From: Takakia lepidozioides
Taxonomy: Eukaryota; Plantae; Bryophyta
Assembly (NCBI GenBank): GCA_030704615.1
Contig: CM060734.1
Location: forward strand, 11,222,001 to 11,286,000
Direction: 5' to 3'
DNA: 64,000 nt
Shown in pieces: positions 36,353-49,742 of the stretch (its first letter is position 1; every line of letters starts with the position of its first letter). Under the pieces are notes generated by a model, which was given only the letters and a program-made list of their open reading frames with translations, did not search any database and had not been told where the DNA came from. A program made the position numbers and the translations under genes.

Positions 36353-39300
36353 GCTTGCTTTTTGTACTCGCTCCGGTTTTGTTGGCATGTGGTGCATGTC
36401 TTGACATACTCCTCTGCCTCCTCCCTCAGTTTGGGCCAGAAATACTCTTTCTTCAAGAGTGACGCAGTGCGCTTGGCTCCGCCGTGGCCCGCAAGCGGGC
36501 TATCATGGCATTCTCTCAAGAGGCTATCTCGGATCCCTCCCTTCGGCACGTAGAGACGTTTTTGCTTATACCGGAGCAGTCCATTTTGCAAGTGGAACTG
36601 CGATTTACCCCCCATCCTCAAGTCCTGCATCGCGGACTTTGCCAGCTCATCCTTCCGGCAAGCCTTCCGGATCTTCCTTTGGAGCGCCGTCTCGCCCTTG
36701 TACACCAACAAGAGCTGTTGCTTTCTACTTAAAGCATCGGCCACCACGTTGTCTCGTCCCGGTTTGTACTGGATATCCACGTCGAACACCGCCAAAGTAT
36801 CTTGCCACTTAAGTTGTTTTGGGGACAACTTGGGCTGCGTGGCAAAATACTGCACCGTGACATTGTCCATGAACACCTTCACTGGGTTGGAACCAACATA
36901 GTGGCACCAAAGCTCGAGGCAATGCACCACCACCTTCATCTCTTTTTTGTGCGTCGGCCACCGTCGCTCCACTTCATTCAGTTTCTTACTTTCGTAAGCC
37001 ACTGGACGTCCATCTTGCATAAGTACACCCCCAATCGTGAAGTCCGACGCATCTGTATGAATCTCAAATGGACGATCGAACTCCGGGATTTTCAAGACTG
37101 GAGCTTCCGCCATCCGCTGCTTCAATTCAGCAAAAGCTTGGCCACAAAATGTATTCCATTCCCAGACTTTGGATTTACACAAAAGGTCCGACAACGGCCC
37201 CGCGATCTTGGCGAAATTTCTCACATACTTCCGGTAATAGGAGGTGAGTCCTAGGAAGGATCACACTCCCGGGACCGAAGTCGGAGGCTCCCAGTCCAAG
37301 ATCGCCCTCACCTTTCTGTCATCCATTTTGATCCCATCCTGTGTAATCACATGCCCCAGGAACTCCACTTTTGTGACCCCGAATTTGCACTTTGAAGCTT
37401 TGGCATACAGCTTCCATTCTCGCAATTTTTGGAACACCCTTTTTAGGTGCTCCAGGTGTTCTTCCTTTGTTTTCGAGTACACCAAGATGTCGTCGATGTA
37501 CACGATCACAAAGTCATCCAACCACTCCTAGAATAGGCTGTTCATCAGCGTGCTAAATGTCGCTGGTGCATTGGTGAGCCCAAAAGGCATCACCAAGAAC
37601 TCATATGAACCATACCTTGTCCTGCACGCGGTCTTCTCCTCATCTCCTTCCGCCACCCGAATTTGATGATAGCCGGAGCGCAAGTCGATCCGGCTGAAAT
37701 ACTTCGCTCATGCCAACCGATCGAAGAGGTCGTCGATCCTTGGCAAAGGGTATCGGTTTTTGATAGTCACCTTATTCAGAGCCCTGTAATCGACACACAT
37801 CCGCAGCGTCCCATCCTTCTTGTCTGCAAATAGCACCGGGGCTCCGTAAGGTGACTTACTCGGCCGGATATACCCCTTTGACATTAGATCCTTGAGCTGA
37901 GTCTTCAGCTCGACCAACTCTCTGTGGCTCAACCGGTAGGGCGCCTTGGCAGGCGGTTCCGATCCCGGTATCACCTCAATCTTGTGGTCAACTCCTCTTC
38001 GCGGTGGCAAGCCGCTTGGTAAATCCTCCGGCATCACATCCTGGTATTTCTCCAAAATCCCCTTGATCCAATCTGGGCTCGGCTCCCCATCGCCTTCTCC
38101 TTTCACTTCTCTAATGTAAAGCAAAAATTGGGGCTCGTGTGCCTCCTCCACGGCCCACTCCTTTGCTGACAGAAGGTTTATTCGCCCTCCCACGGATTTG
38201 GGCGTTTCCGACACTCGTAAAACCTCGCCACCATTCCCACATGGCAGCGTGACTACTCTCTTGCGGCCATCTATGACCGCTCCGGATTTGCTCAAAAAGG
38301 TCATCCCCAAAATGAGATCCACTCCATCGATCTCGCAGATGGTGAAGTTCTCACGTCCCTCCCAACTCCCCAGTTGAAGAGGAACATCAAACGCCAACCT
38401 TGTCGCCAACTGTGGTTCTCTTTTGGCAGAACGCACCTCAATAGAGGCCCCCACATCACTTGTCGGGAGTCCCAACTTTCGCGCCGCCGCCGGCGTCATG
38501 AAAGAGTGCGACGCTCCTGTGTCCACCAACAACGACACGTTAGTTCCGGATATTATCCCATCCACGAACAATAACTGACTCCTTTTACGCAGGGCGCCAG
38601 TTTCCTGATACAACTCACAAGAATAGTTGCATACCTTGCAAGTCCTGGCGACCACCGCTTCCACCAAGCGACTGATGGTATCTTCCGACAGCTCCGTGGT
38701 TGCCCGAGTCATGTTCAATTGTCGAGGTTTTGTGCACTTCTTGGCCATGTGCCCGGGCTCCCCGCAATTGAAACACACTCCATCAAAGGTCGCCTTCTGT
38801 CCGCCATAAGCCGCTCCACCCGCTTTTCCTTTCGAAGCACCGGGTGCCGCCTTGACGTGTGAAGGCCCTCCCTTCGATTTCCACGTGCCATTGTCGCTGC
38901 GTGGCCTATCCCACTTCTTTTCGGTCGGGAGGAGTCACCTTCCCGCCGGGTCTTCTTGTGGTTCAGCTCCGTACGGCCTTGTCTCTCACCCCTAGGGACA
39001 TCCGAGAAACATTCAGCCCTCTCAATTGCCTCGTTCAAAGTCTTGGGTGGCTTCTCCTCCAACTTCCGCCTGGCCCATGGGGCCAGTCCCGCCACAAAGT
39101 TGAAGACCATTTTTGGTTCTGCCATGTCCGCGACTTCGAGCAACAACACATTGAAAGCCTGGACATACCCCCGAATGTCATCTGTTTGCTTCAAATTCCT
39201 CATCTTGTCCCGAGCAAGCCAGGACGCGTTGAGGGGCACAAACTGTCTCTTCATCAATTCGTTGAACCCACTCCAGTCCAAGGTTTCCGGGCTTGGACCT

Positions 39301-40579
39301 CGGTCGTGAAGGCGTTTCTGCCACCATTGTTGAGCATAGCCCCTCAAATAGGTGGGAGCCACTTCCACCCGATCCTCGTCACTCAACTTGGCCGCCCGGA
39401 AGTACTGCTCTAGCTCCAGGAGCCAGGTGTTGAGTGTTTTCCGATTTCGGACGCCCTCGAAGGTGCCGGGTTCCTTAGGCTTCACCTTAAACTTTGCCTT
39501 AGTGGAAGTGGCATTAGCCGCCTTCAACACGTCTTTCAACGTCCCGCCAAACTGCGCCAACAACCCTTCCCAAAAGGCTGCCGGCATGGGAGGCATCTGT
39601 TGGTTGGTCGGAGCTCTCACGGATTCCTCGGGCTCCGAGTCCTCGGATTCCTCCCGCTCTTGAGCGGCCTCGCTTTCAGAAACCTGCGTCGCTTCCTCAA
39701 ACGACCGCTTCGGTGACACGTCGCCCCCATCGGGCTCACCAGGATCATCATCTTTTGGGCCGTTCCGCTTTCGCTTTGGCTTGCCCGACCCCATGATGAG
39801 GCCAATCCCAAGGACGATCGCGTACTGAACTCTAAGCTCTGATACCAAGTGTCGCGCACCTCACTTCGATAAGCTCCTCTTCAAGTCATAGTTACTCGCT
39901 TTGATGCGCGCGCCTGACTCCCAACCTGGCCGCCCGGGCCAACTTGGAGCTTCGGCTGCTCACCGGGACATAACGGTCCCCCTTTGCTTCCCACTAAACC
40001 CTCCACCTATTTGGGACTAGGAGAATTCCCTTTGGTAGATGGCAGTCCGGAACAACTCCCCACTCTTTGGTCGCTTTCCGGCTCGCTTGCTTACTCACTA
40101 GTTTTTGGTCACCAACGGGCTTGCACCGTTCTCGGGGTCACTACTCCCCTTATATATACTTCTGTAGCTGTCCGCGGGGGTTTCACAACCAGCCATTCCA
40201 TTTTATGGCGAACCACCACGAAAACCCTCGACTCCCGGTGATGAGTCGCGGTGAGTCTTGGCCCACTCACTACGGCCCCTATGGACCGTGATGAGTCCCA
40301 AGACTCCCCACGACTCCCACCACGAGGTCTCCACCCCCATGGTGAGTCCTATGCCACCCCCACTAAGTCCCGCTAAGATACCACCACCCCTTGTGGAGCC
40401 ACCCCCACCGCAACCCGGTGTGCGGGGCTCCACCTAGTGAGCGCCTCCGCCTCCTTGGGTGCCTTGGGCACTCAAGGGTGCTTCAGCCCCCCCATACCTA
40501 TCGCTGTTGCTGCCCCCACCACAGAGGCAACCCCTCATGTGTCCCGACCCCCTTGCCCTCAAGGCAAAGGGCCGCGACA
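36353..40579 (-). mobile_element. Ty3/Gypsy LTR retrotransposon copy 2: LTR 39850-40579, Met PBS 39836-39847, gag-PR-RT-RH and start of integrase; 3'-truncated
   Basis: [35 protein letters not shown] and HDSPLAGH..CTTCQ; frameshifts and stops. Confidence 0.94.
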
Positions 40580-40675
40580 GCGATGATCACAGCTTATGCA
40601 CAACAGGGGCGCGGGATGGAGGCTTTGGAGACCTATGAGCAGATGATGAGGGAAGAGGTGACTTAGCCCGACTTG
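40580..40675 (+). pseudogene. PPR-repeat gene remnant
   Basis: AMITAYAQQGRGMEALETYEQMMREEVT*PD is a typical plant PPR motif. Confidence 0.7.
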
Positions 40676-41625
40676 TTTCAGCCTGTTTTGACCTCTCATC
40701 AGGCTCAGCCCTGAATTTGCATATTGAGTTCTGTAAGTTAGCTCGTAGGGTGGATGTGTGGTGGTTTGTGGTGAGGGCACCTCCTTCTTTGACCTCTTTC
40801 AGCCTGTTTTGCCCTCTCATCAGGGTCATCCCTGAATTTGCATATTGAATTCTGTAAGTTAGCTCGTAGGGTGGATTGTGGTGGTTTGTGGTGAGGGCAC
40901 CTCCTTCTTCGACCTATTTCAACCTGTTTTGCCCTCTCATCAGACTCGGCCCTGAATTTGCATATTGAATGTTGTAAGTTAGCTTGTAGGGTGGATGTGT
41001 GGTGGTTTGTGGTGTGGGCACCTTCTTCTTCGACTTGTTTCAGCCTGTTTTGACCTCTCATCAAGCTCAGCCCTGAATTTGCATATTGAATTCTGTAAGT
41101 TAGCTCGTAGGGTGGATCTATGGTACTGGTTTATGGTGACGGCACCTTCTTCTTTGACTTGTTTCAGCCTATTTTGTCCTCTCATCTGCAAGCTCAGCCC
41201 TGAATTTGCATATTGAGTTCTGTAAGTTAGTTCGTTGGGTGGATGTGTGGTGGTTTGGAGAGGGTTTGGTGTGACTTTGCAAGTTACTGCCGATGTGGCA
41301 GCAGGAAAGTACCCGAAAATAGATAAGAGAGATGAAGAGAAGCTTTGGAATGAACACTTTTCTGACCCCTGTCAATGGTGGGACAATGGGGGTAGATGGT
41401 GAACTGGAAACAGCAGCGGCAGCAGCGCAATTGATAGAACAAGGCACTGTTAATGAAGGTACCTTCTTCAACATATTTGTGGTGAGGGAATTTGCATATT
41501 GAATTCTGTAAGTTAGCTCGTTGGGTGGATCTATGGTGGTTTGGAGTGACTTGGCAAGTTACTGCCGATGTGGCAGCAAGAAAGTACCCAAAAACAGATA
41601 AGAGAGATGAAGAGAAGCTTTGGAA
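40668..41625. repeat. ~121 bp tandem array (5 units) plus a partial downstream duplicate
   Basis: GAATTTGCATATTGA at 40713, 40834, 40954, 41075, 41202 and 41488. Confidence 0.9.
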
Positions 41626-42714
41626 GGGGGTATCATCTTTAACATTAAACATGCATGCCAGATGTCGGAGCATGTATAACACATGCTCATCAATGGACCT
41701 GCAATATGCCTAAACAGATGTGGTCTCGGAGTAAAATGATCACTGATATACTCGTTGTGGGTGTATGCAGAAGTATGTTGAGGTCTATTAGCAAATACCG
41801 AAAGGGTGATTCTGAACATGTTTTTGTCATATGCCTTTTTAATGCAGCTTGTGCCAGCCTAGAAAAGAGGTGAAGACATCATGCAAGCTGGGGTTGTATT
41901 ATGTATAATCTGGAGAATAGCAGGCTAGGTGCAGGAGAACCATATACGACAATTTTTTTTTTAATCTAATCATGGTCGTTACGGACTCATGAGTTTGTGC
42001 ATTGTATGGGATGGTTTTGAGGTATTGTCTTAATACAATGTCACGTGCTCTTCATCATGTTTATTTCTTTTCGTGCTTTGATGGATGGCCTGTATGTTCT
42101 CCAGTCTCAATCACATCCGCAATGGGATGATCACTAGTGGCAGTGTGCAGGGATTGTGTTGGTTGCAATGTTGTAGTAGGGCCATCGTAGCATCTATGTT
42201 GCTATTTGGAGACAGTAGAAATAGTATTGCACATGTATGAACCACAAGTCGCAGCCCCCAAGTCACTGCGGGGTTCTCTGGCCTGTAACTGCCCAACACT
42301 CCTCCACACTCAGATGTTGGCCAAATTTCTGGCAAATCAGTTGCACTGCATGGTAAGCATGGAGTGCCTGGTACCCAACCCACAGTCAAATATATATATC
42401 ACTAGCAAAGTAGTGCATTTCAAACCTCCAGTTGCATCTGTCACTTCAACACTCTCTAGTACTTGCAAGTCATAAAGGCAACCAGCAGACAACTCATCGC
42501 GCCACGTGGTGTGGCCTTAGGCCTGCACGTGGCCACATCCGGAATGTCACGGCAGAGAACACGTGGAGTACCGACACATAGCCACACGGCTGTATGCCCG
42601 GCGTGCAGACCGTGGGGAAGTCACACCCCCCGGTCAAAAGTCCATTTTGGTCAAGGTCCAAGATTCAGTCAACGTTGCGCGCGGCGACGCCATGTGGCCA
42701 CACCTTAAAAATTA

Positions 42715-42891
42715 CCCCCCAGTCGGCGTCACGACTGACTGGAACGACTCCGACCACATAATGACCGGAACGACTGGGCTGTCCGATAGGTCTTATCCTT
42801 TTGGACTCGTAGTCGCCCAGTCATTTTTTGACTGAAACGACTGGGTTTCCAGTCATTTTTTGAGTCGTTATTTCGGCGATTCCTTGTAGTG
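42715..42891 (-). mobile_element. CACTA (En/Spm) terminus with subterminal repeats
   Basis: Reverse complement begins CACTACAAGGAA, followed by multiple ACGACTG/CAGTC repeats. Partner end not found. Confidence 0.7.
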
Positions 42892-44206
42892 TGAAAGAGT
42901 GATGAAAGAGGAGAAATGAGAGAGAAATATACGGCAAAAAGGGAAAGCTATTTAAAAGCTAACTATCCACGGTACCGGGGAAAGGGAATAGATGTAGGAG
43001 AATCATTGAGTGAACCTCTCAGTCCACCTAAAACAAGGGGATCACCACCTTTATATGAAGATCTTTCTCTGGAACCACACCTTCTTACTCCTTACAGGAA
43101 AGATTGCGAGATTTAGAAAGAGAGGAAGAAAGATCACCTATAGATAATCTAGAAAAGAACCCATGGGCAAGAGATTTGACAGATATCTATGACCAAAGTT
43201 GGCATGGTACACCCAGAGGAGGAACACCAAATTCTCAAACACCTGCCAATGACGAGGATGAGGAGGAGGATGCCGGTGGGAGTACAGACTCTCAACTTGC
43301 AACACATTTAAGTATAGTAAGTGAAACGGAAGAACCTCCGGATATCGGAATCTATAGTGGAAGGGGATCCAGATGTGCATATCAACCAGTTTGAGCACAT
43401 ATGCGTTGTCAACAATGAGAATGATGATGCAGCAAGGTTGAGGATGTTCCCTTGTTCACTAACAAAAAGAGCCATTGAATGGTACGCACAGTTTCCAAAC
43501 AATCATTCTGCTGCATGGAATGATCTACGAACAGCATTCCAAACAAGATTCAGAACCAATAAAACAATAGGAGAAGTCTACAGTGGACTTCAGACATTAA
43601 AACAGAAGAAACATGAAACAGTGGAAGAGTATTTTGAAAAGATGGGCTTGTTAATCAAGCAGTTGGGAGCAGCACCACAGGGAGATCTACAAAAGACATG
43701 GTTCATTAATGGACTAAGACCAGAAATACAGAGAAAGGTAGATATACTACCCAATGACACTCTGGATGAAGCAGTAACCTCTGCTAAAAAAGTAGAATTA
43801 GGCAGAGGATTACGGATGAATGAAAGAAAAGAAGATGAATTAGATGAAGAATCAGATGATGAAGAAGAGATTAAGAAGAAAAAGAAGAAGGGAATATTAG
43901 AGGCAGCCAAAATTGAGAATAAAATTGCGAAGCAATGAAGAAATTTGTTGGTGAGGCAGCAACCAACTGGAGGAAAGGTGTATGGTGTGGCAAGTGCAGT
44001 AATGAATGACATAACATGGCAAAATGTCATGCTAAAGGAAAGTATTGTGCCATACGTGAGATGACTAACCACAATACAGATACTTGTTTCTATAACAGGA
44101 AGAACATAGCACCTCAGGGCAATCGAGCTATAGGTGTGCATCAAGCACAACCACAACATAAAGAAAATCAATATGCAGGACCAAACTTAGGAAATCCTCC
44201 TGCAAA
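42892..44206 (+). pseudogene. Gypsy gag fragment related to the gag at 31.3-33.2 kb
   Basis: DPDVHINQFE..LRMFPCSL..AIEWY..KTWFINGLRPE; frameshifted. Confidence 0.85.
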
Positions 44207-44232
44207 CAGAGAGAGAGAGAGAGAGAGAGAGA
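44207..44232 (+). repeat. (GA)n microsatellite
   Basis: About 13 AG units. Confidence 0.9.
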
Positions 44233-47200
44233 AGACTCTGGCCGTAGCCGGCGTAACTAAGAGCCACTTCGCCTTACGGCTACTGCCCCCTTTCGGGGTG
44301 GGCCCTATGAAAAGAAAGGTGTCTTGTGGGACACCAAGTAGCCGAGGAGAGAGGGGGGGACTGCTATGAGCCTCCTGGGTTCCTAGGGGGACCCTGGGGG
44401 ACCCAGGGTGCATTAGAAGGGCTAGCTTCGAGTTGGCGTTTGTTGGTGATAATGGCTGTAAAGGAACAGAGTGCTGTGAGGTGGATTGCTTTGAAGCATA
44501 GATGGATTGGGGGAATGGGTATTTTGAAGTGTCGATAGGGGTGGAAGACTGGCCCACTCATAGTCATCACTGCCGGAACCCGGGGTGGCATACACAACGC
44601 CAGTATCAATGATTTACATGATAATGAGTGGGGCGTACTTTTGTCACTTTTCTAAGATTGAATCGTGGGGGTATCGATCTTGGCAGAATGTAAACTCAAT
44701 AAAGTGGATGATGAGTTGCGGGCTCATTTGTACAATGTCTCTCTCCACATTCAAATAGACCAGCTCCGGGGGGAAGGTGGAGCCCGCCTTCCCGCCGCCA
44801 GTCTCTGCTAAATATCTTAGTCATGACTAAATCCATAGGGTTTCACCATTTTCCTACTTTCCTCAAGGGCGTTACCTCTCTTTGCAGCGGATCCACTAAC
44901 TTACCCTTAGCTAGGTGTTTAGCAACGTCTCCCGCCATAGCTCGTCCAACGACCCTTAGCTCTGCCCTGCAGCCACCCCGGCTTTGCTCTACCTCGTTCA
45001 TAAGACTCGCCTCTTCTCTACGCGTCTTTTAAGCTATCTCTTGCTAATCTTTTTAGCGATCTATGGGCGAATATGTTTTGCGACCGCTTGGTACCTCCTC
45101 TCTTGCCGGGCCTACCGCATCCAGCCTTAGAATGCTCGTTCCACCCGTCAACTCAAAGCTCACTACACTTGGTCCCCAAAGTCCTAGCCAATCCACCGGC
45201 TCCAGCAACCAACAACTCAATGTCTACTCCCCATCAGGAAGCATACTTATCCCTCACTCATAATTTATACCTCTCCTTCCTTTATTACAATCATTTCCAC
45301 ACTTCCTACTTTGCGTTCTCTTCAATTCATGCCCTACAGTGCCCACACATATCACCACTAAAAGACTCTACTCAGTTCTCAAGCGCTCGATCTCACCCTC
45401 AAAATCCGCCCAACACCTAAGATCATTTGCTCAAAAACCCCCCCATATAGGTACCAGCCATCGTCCAAGACCTTCTGCCCTACCATAACCCACCCCACTC
45501 TCACTGCAGATCCCCACACCACCTATTTCACACCCTACTGTTGCACATTGAACATTCTCAGCCTGCCTAAGCTCTTGATACCAGCGTTGCTTCCCTATTG
45601 GCACCTTGTTACACATACAGCCTCTCTGCTCCTGCCCGCCGACTCTGCAAACTGCACCCACGACCACAGTATTCTATTAAATAAGTCCCTCAATTGCCAC
45701 ATTTCCTATACTCTCTCCCTCCCACAGTTGCACTGCCCCGCCCTGCTTGATTACATAGCCACTCTAGCACCTCCCCCATCTCCTTTATACTACACCTCTC
45801 CCTCAATTTGCCCCAATACCCAGTTCACTTCCCCCTGTCCAGCTTCTGAGTACCAGCCAACCCCGCCACACCCCCCCCCCTCACTTTCCCACAACACCAT
45901 AACTCTGACATGCATCAGCCTCTACCCCTGGCCTTTTCGTACCCCACAGTTCATTACCTCCCAGACATGCCACCCCCCCTTACTCTTTACAATACCCAGC
46001 ATCATAAAACAACCTACCATACCAGCCTATCTCTCCTCTCCCTCTCCTGCCAATGTGCCTGATCCCTCCCTTCCCCCTTGTCACCTGGCCCCACAACTCT
46101 GCCTCTGATCTGTGGCCTGCTCCTGCTCACCACACTTGGTTCCCCAATTTATATTCCGCTGGCTTTTTCTCCCAGTATGTGCCCTTTACTCTCTTCCCAA
46201 TTTCATGTTGCCTCACTTTGCATATTCCCATAATAGGCCTTACAATGCCCTCACTGTATGCCCCATGTTCTAACTCCCCTCTCTCTTTTACAGGATGCGT
46301 ACCAAATCTCCACTCCACACATTACATATGTCCCACATATGTTCATGTTCTTCATAGTCAGCACCACCTCTTTTTACAACTTGGTGAGCCCTTTGGCTTA
46401 AGGAAAGATCTCTCTCTTCCCCTGATTCACTTGCCTACTCTAATAATTCTCTCTCCTAGGCTTGCCCACTATCACCACCTGCTCAACCCTGTCACATCCA
46501 ATCAGTACTGCCTCGTATTCATACCCAAGAGCCCAAAGATGCCCCAGCTATCTCACGGGGATTGCTTAACCGTGAGCAGAATCCGTGAGTAGAAAATTCC
46601 GTGAGCAGAATTCTGCTCACGCTTCAGGATCTTGTCGCCTATAACCGTGGACACCTATTCGACTTATAATACCTATTACTGCGCAGACTGGTCAGAATTA
46701 CAAGCTCGGGTATGGATGCTACTTGGATGAATGAAGGATGAATGGAAGATGAATGTTGGTATTACGAATGACACATGGATGAATAAAATAAATATAGTGC
46801 AGTGTATTCTAAAGTATGTTGGCAACAATGAATCCACATTGCTGAATTGATTGAGGAGGGGTATGGATGGTTGATAGTGAGGCTCTTACCCAATTGGAAA
46901 GAAGGCAGAGAGGTGAACTGGTGCTTCATAAATAAACATTCCAAATCATGCGATTCATTCCGACAAAGAAGATCCACTGCTACAGGAGCTACTGTTCAAA
47001 ACGAAGGCTGAACTGTCTACAAAGATGCTAGCCCTGCTCTTCAGAAAACTATGTCTGTTGTGAAGCACAGAAGGGGGAGATGCTTGTAGACTATGTTCCG
47101 CAGCCGCAGCCTCCGCATAAGATGGCAAATAAAAATTTGTTGGAGGACTTGGGAAAAAATCCGGGTTGGCAAAGAAAGGTAGAAACCGTGGTGTCTTGGG

Positions 47201-49711
47201 ACTCCTGCATTCATACACCAATGAGCAAACTTTGCAAATAGTCCGCATGCCAAACGAGTGCACCAAAGATGAATATGAAAACGATGCGTCCTGGGGTCAA
47301 CGATCGTACACCAGTGAGCAAACTTCTGGTCACCTAGAAGAAGGACATGCCAACGAATCATAAGTTATGTAGTCCGAGCAATTTGTCGATGCCATTCATC
47401 CCAAATAGCACACTAGAAGACCAGCCAGATTAAGATGTTGTTGACGACACCTTAATCTGACACATTGGGGGAGGGGGGGGGAAATATATATTTTTTTTTA
47501 TTTTTTTATTTTTTTTGGGTCTGTCGTGTTCAATTCTCATGTTCGGACAGGGCAGAGAATTAAGGTATCGTTGATGATACCTTAATCCCCAGCCCCTGCA
47601 CACACATGCTTACCGCTAAGGCATGTGTTCCCTCTTCAATAACATCTAATTTGTCACTTTTCGGGGATTGTTTTTTTTTTTTTTTTTCCTGTTGGGTTCA
47701 ATTCTCAGGTTGGCACAGGGCTGGGAATTAAGATGTCGTTGACGACACCTTAATCTGCAGCCCCTCCAGACACTCACTTACTGGTAATGCATGTGCTCCC
47801 TGAGTTGAAATGTCATGTGCCCCTGTTCGGAATTGAGCTACCGTTGAGGGCACCTTTAGGCCTGCTTCCTTGCACAAAAATGAATCCCCCCTATGGTTTT
47901 ATCGTGGGCTGACATGTGATGGGCTGCGAGTTAAGTTGTCGTTGACTACAACTTAATGCCTTCTTCCCTGCGCATGCTCATCCCTGATGATACATGTTGT
48001 TGCAATCATCCATGGTTTACTCGTCTGGGCAATTTTTCATCCGATAATCATCCAGCGTTCATCCATTCCCGTTTGCGTTCATCCCACATACATTCATCCG
48101 AAACCTTTTTCATCGCATTTTCGTGCCAAATTATCGTCACGGAGTATGTCTGTCTTCGATCCGATCGAACGGACACTGCATCCTTGCAGTGGAGTTCGCG
48201 TCCACGGCTATAGGCCCACTTGTTCCCTCGGTTTTGGGGTCTGCATCAGTAATCTGCTCACGTTTTCAATCTGCTCACGCATCAGGGAATCTGCTCACGG
48301 GTTCTACTCACACCTTAGCTGCCCTCCTATCTCACCCTCTCCTGCTGCCAAAGCATTCTGCTATTCCACCTTACCCCACTGCCCCAAAACACTGCCATTG
48401 GCATCGTCTGGCCTCAGCTCAATCCCCGGTTCCTTCACTCTATGTACTCAGCCAGTAACCTCCCTTACCCATTCCACCCAATCCCCCCCCCCCCCCCCCC
48501 CACACACAGGTGAGTGCCACGACCTGTCTCTTCTCACCCCCCCCTGCCCATCCGCTGCCCCAACCTCAGGTCCCCTTCTTCCTACCATGCTTTCCAGCTT
48601 CCCTTCAGCAACTATCTGTCCAACCCAACACCCACCCAGCTACCCACAAGCCAGCTAACCTTACTCCTGTCTGCCTAGACTCCGCTAGACCCCTTTTGAG
48701 CAGCCCCTCTTCCAAGTCTACTCCTTGCCCCCCCACCCCCCCCTGGGGCTGCCACATTCATGATAGCCACCACCCTAACAGTCTACCCCCCTCTTTACAA
48801 TCTTGCCACAATGCCCGTACCCCTCTTAGCACATACAATATGATCTCACTCTACACTGCATCTCGTTCTAACCCTTACTTCCTGATTGCAGGCTATCCAT
48901 ACAACACTTACCGCACAACACACTCACACTTCCCCCTATGGGGCTCTCTCACACAATGGTCCTCTATATTCCACTCAGTCAGTTATATATGCCCCGCATA
49001 TGTCCATTCAAATAATTTGCAAAAAGCTTCCACACCCCTACCAATTACGCACATATGTTCTGCATATGTACACTCGTCACACCAGATCTGGCACCACAAT
49101 TCTCACCACAGAACTCTTGCGGCACCCCTGCCCTATCATCCCACAGAGCCCTCTACCCATTCCGAATTCCATCTCTCCAGCAGTTACATATCATATGCCT
49201 ACCCACCACTCACAAAGGGCCCTCGTTGCCTCACCATTTCATCCCTACCCCCTGCCCCCTCCCATCATCTGTGTCACCCCACCCCCCTTGCCCAGATTTG
49301 ACCCATATGCCATGCCAAGCCCTGAAAGTGATTACCTGTTATCTCACCAGCCCACTTCCCACAACCCAATCCCGCACCCCCAACCCAAGACTCAATCAAT
49401 TCTACTCCTACTTAACACCCTGCCACATGCAATACTCCATATGCCTACATATATGCCCAAGCCCACACACTATACAGCACATAGGAAACATAACCTACCA
49501 CTAATTTTCTCCCTTCCCACGCTGCTTGACCAACAGAATTCCCACTGTCTAAACAAATATCACTGGGCCCTGCCCACCTCAACTCCATTTACAGCTCCCT
49601 ACCCCTGTCTGCACCCAATATTAACCACCAAACAACACTTAATGATATACCAGACTGCAGACTGCCAAAATTGCAACCTCTTAACACACAACTCTTCAAG
49701 CTGGATTAATT

Positions 49712-49742
<31 letters not shown>

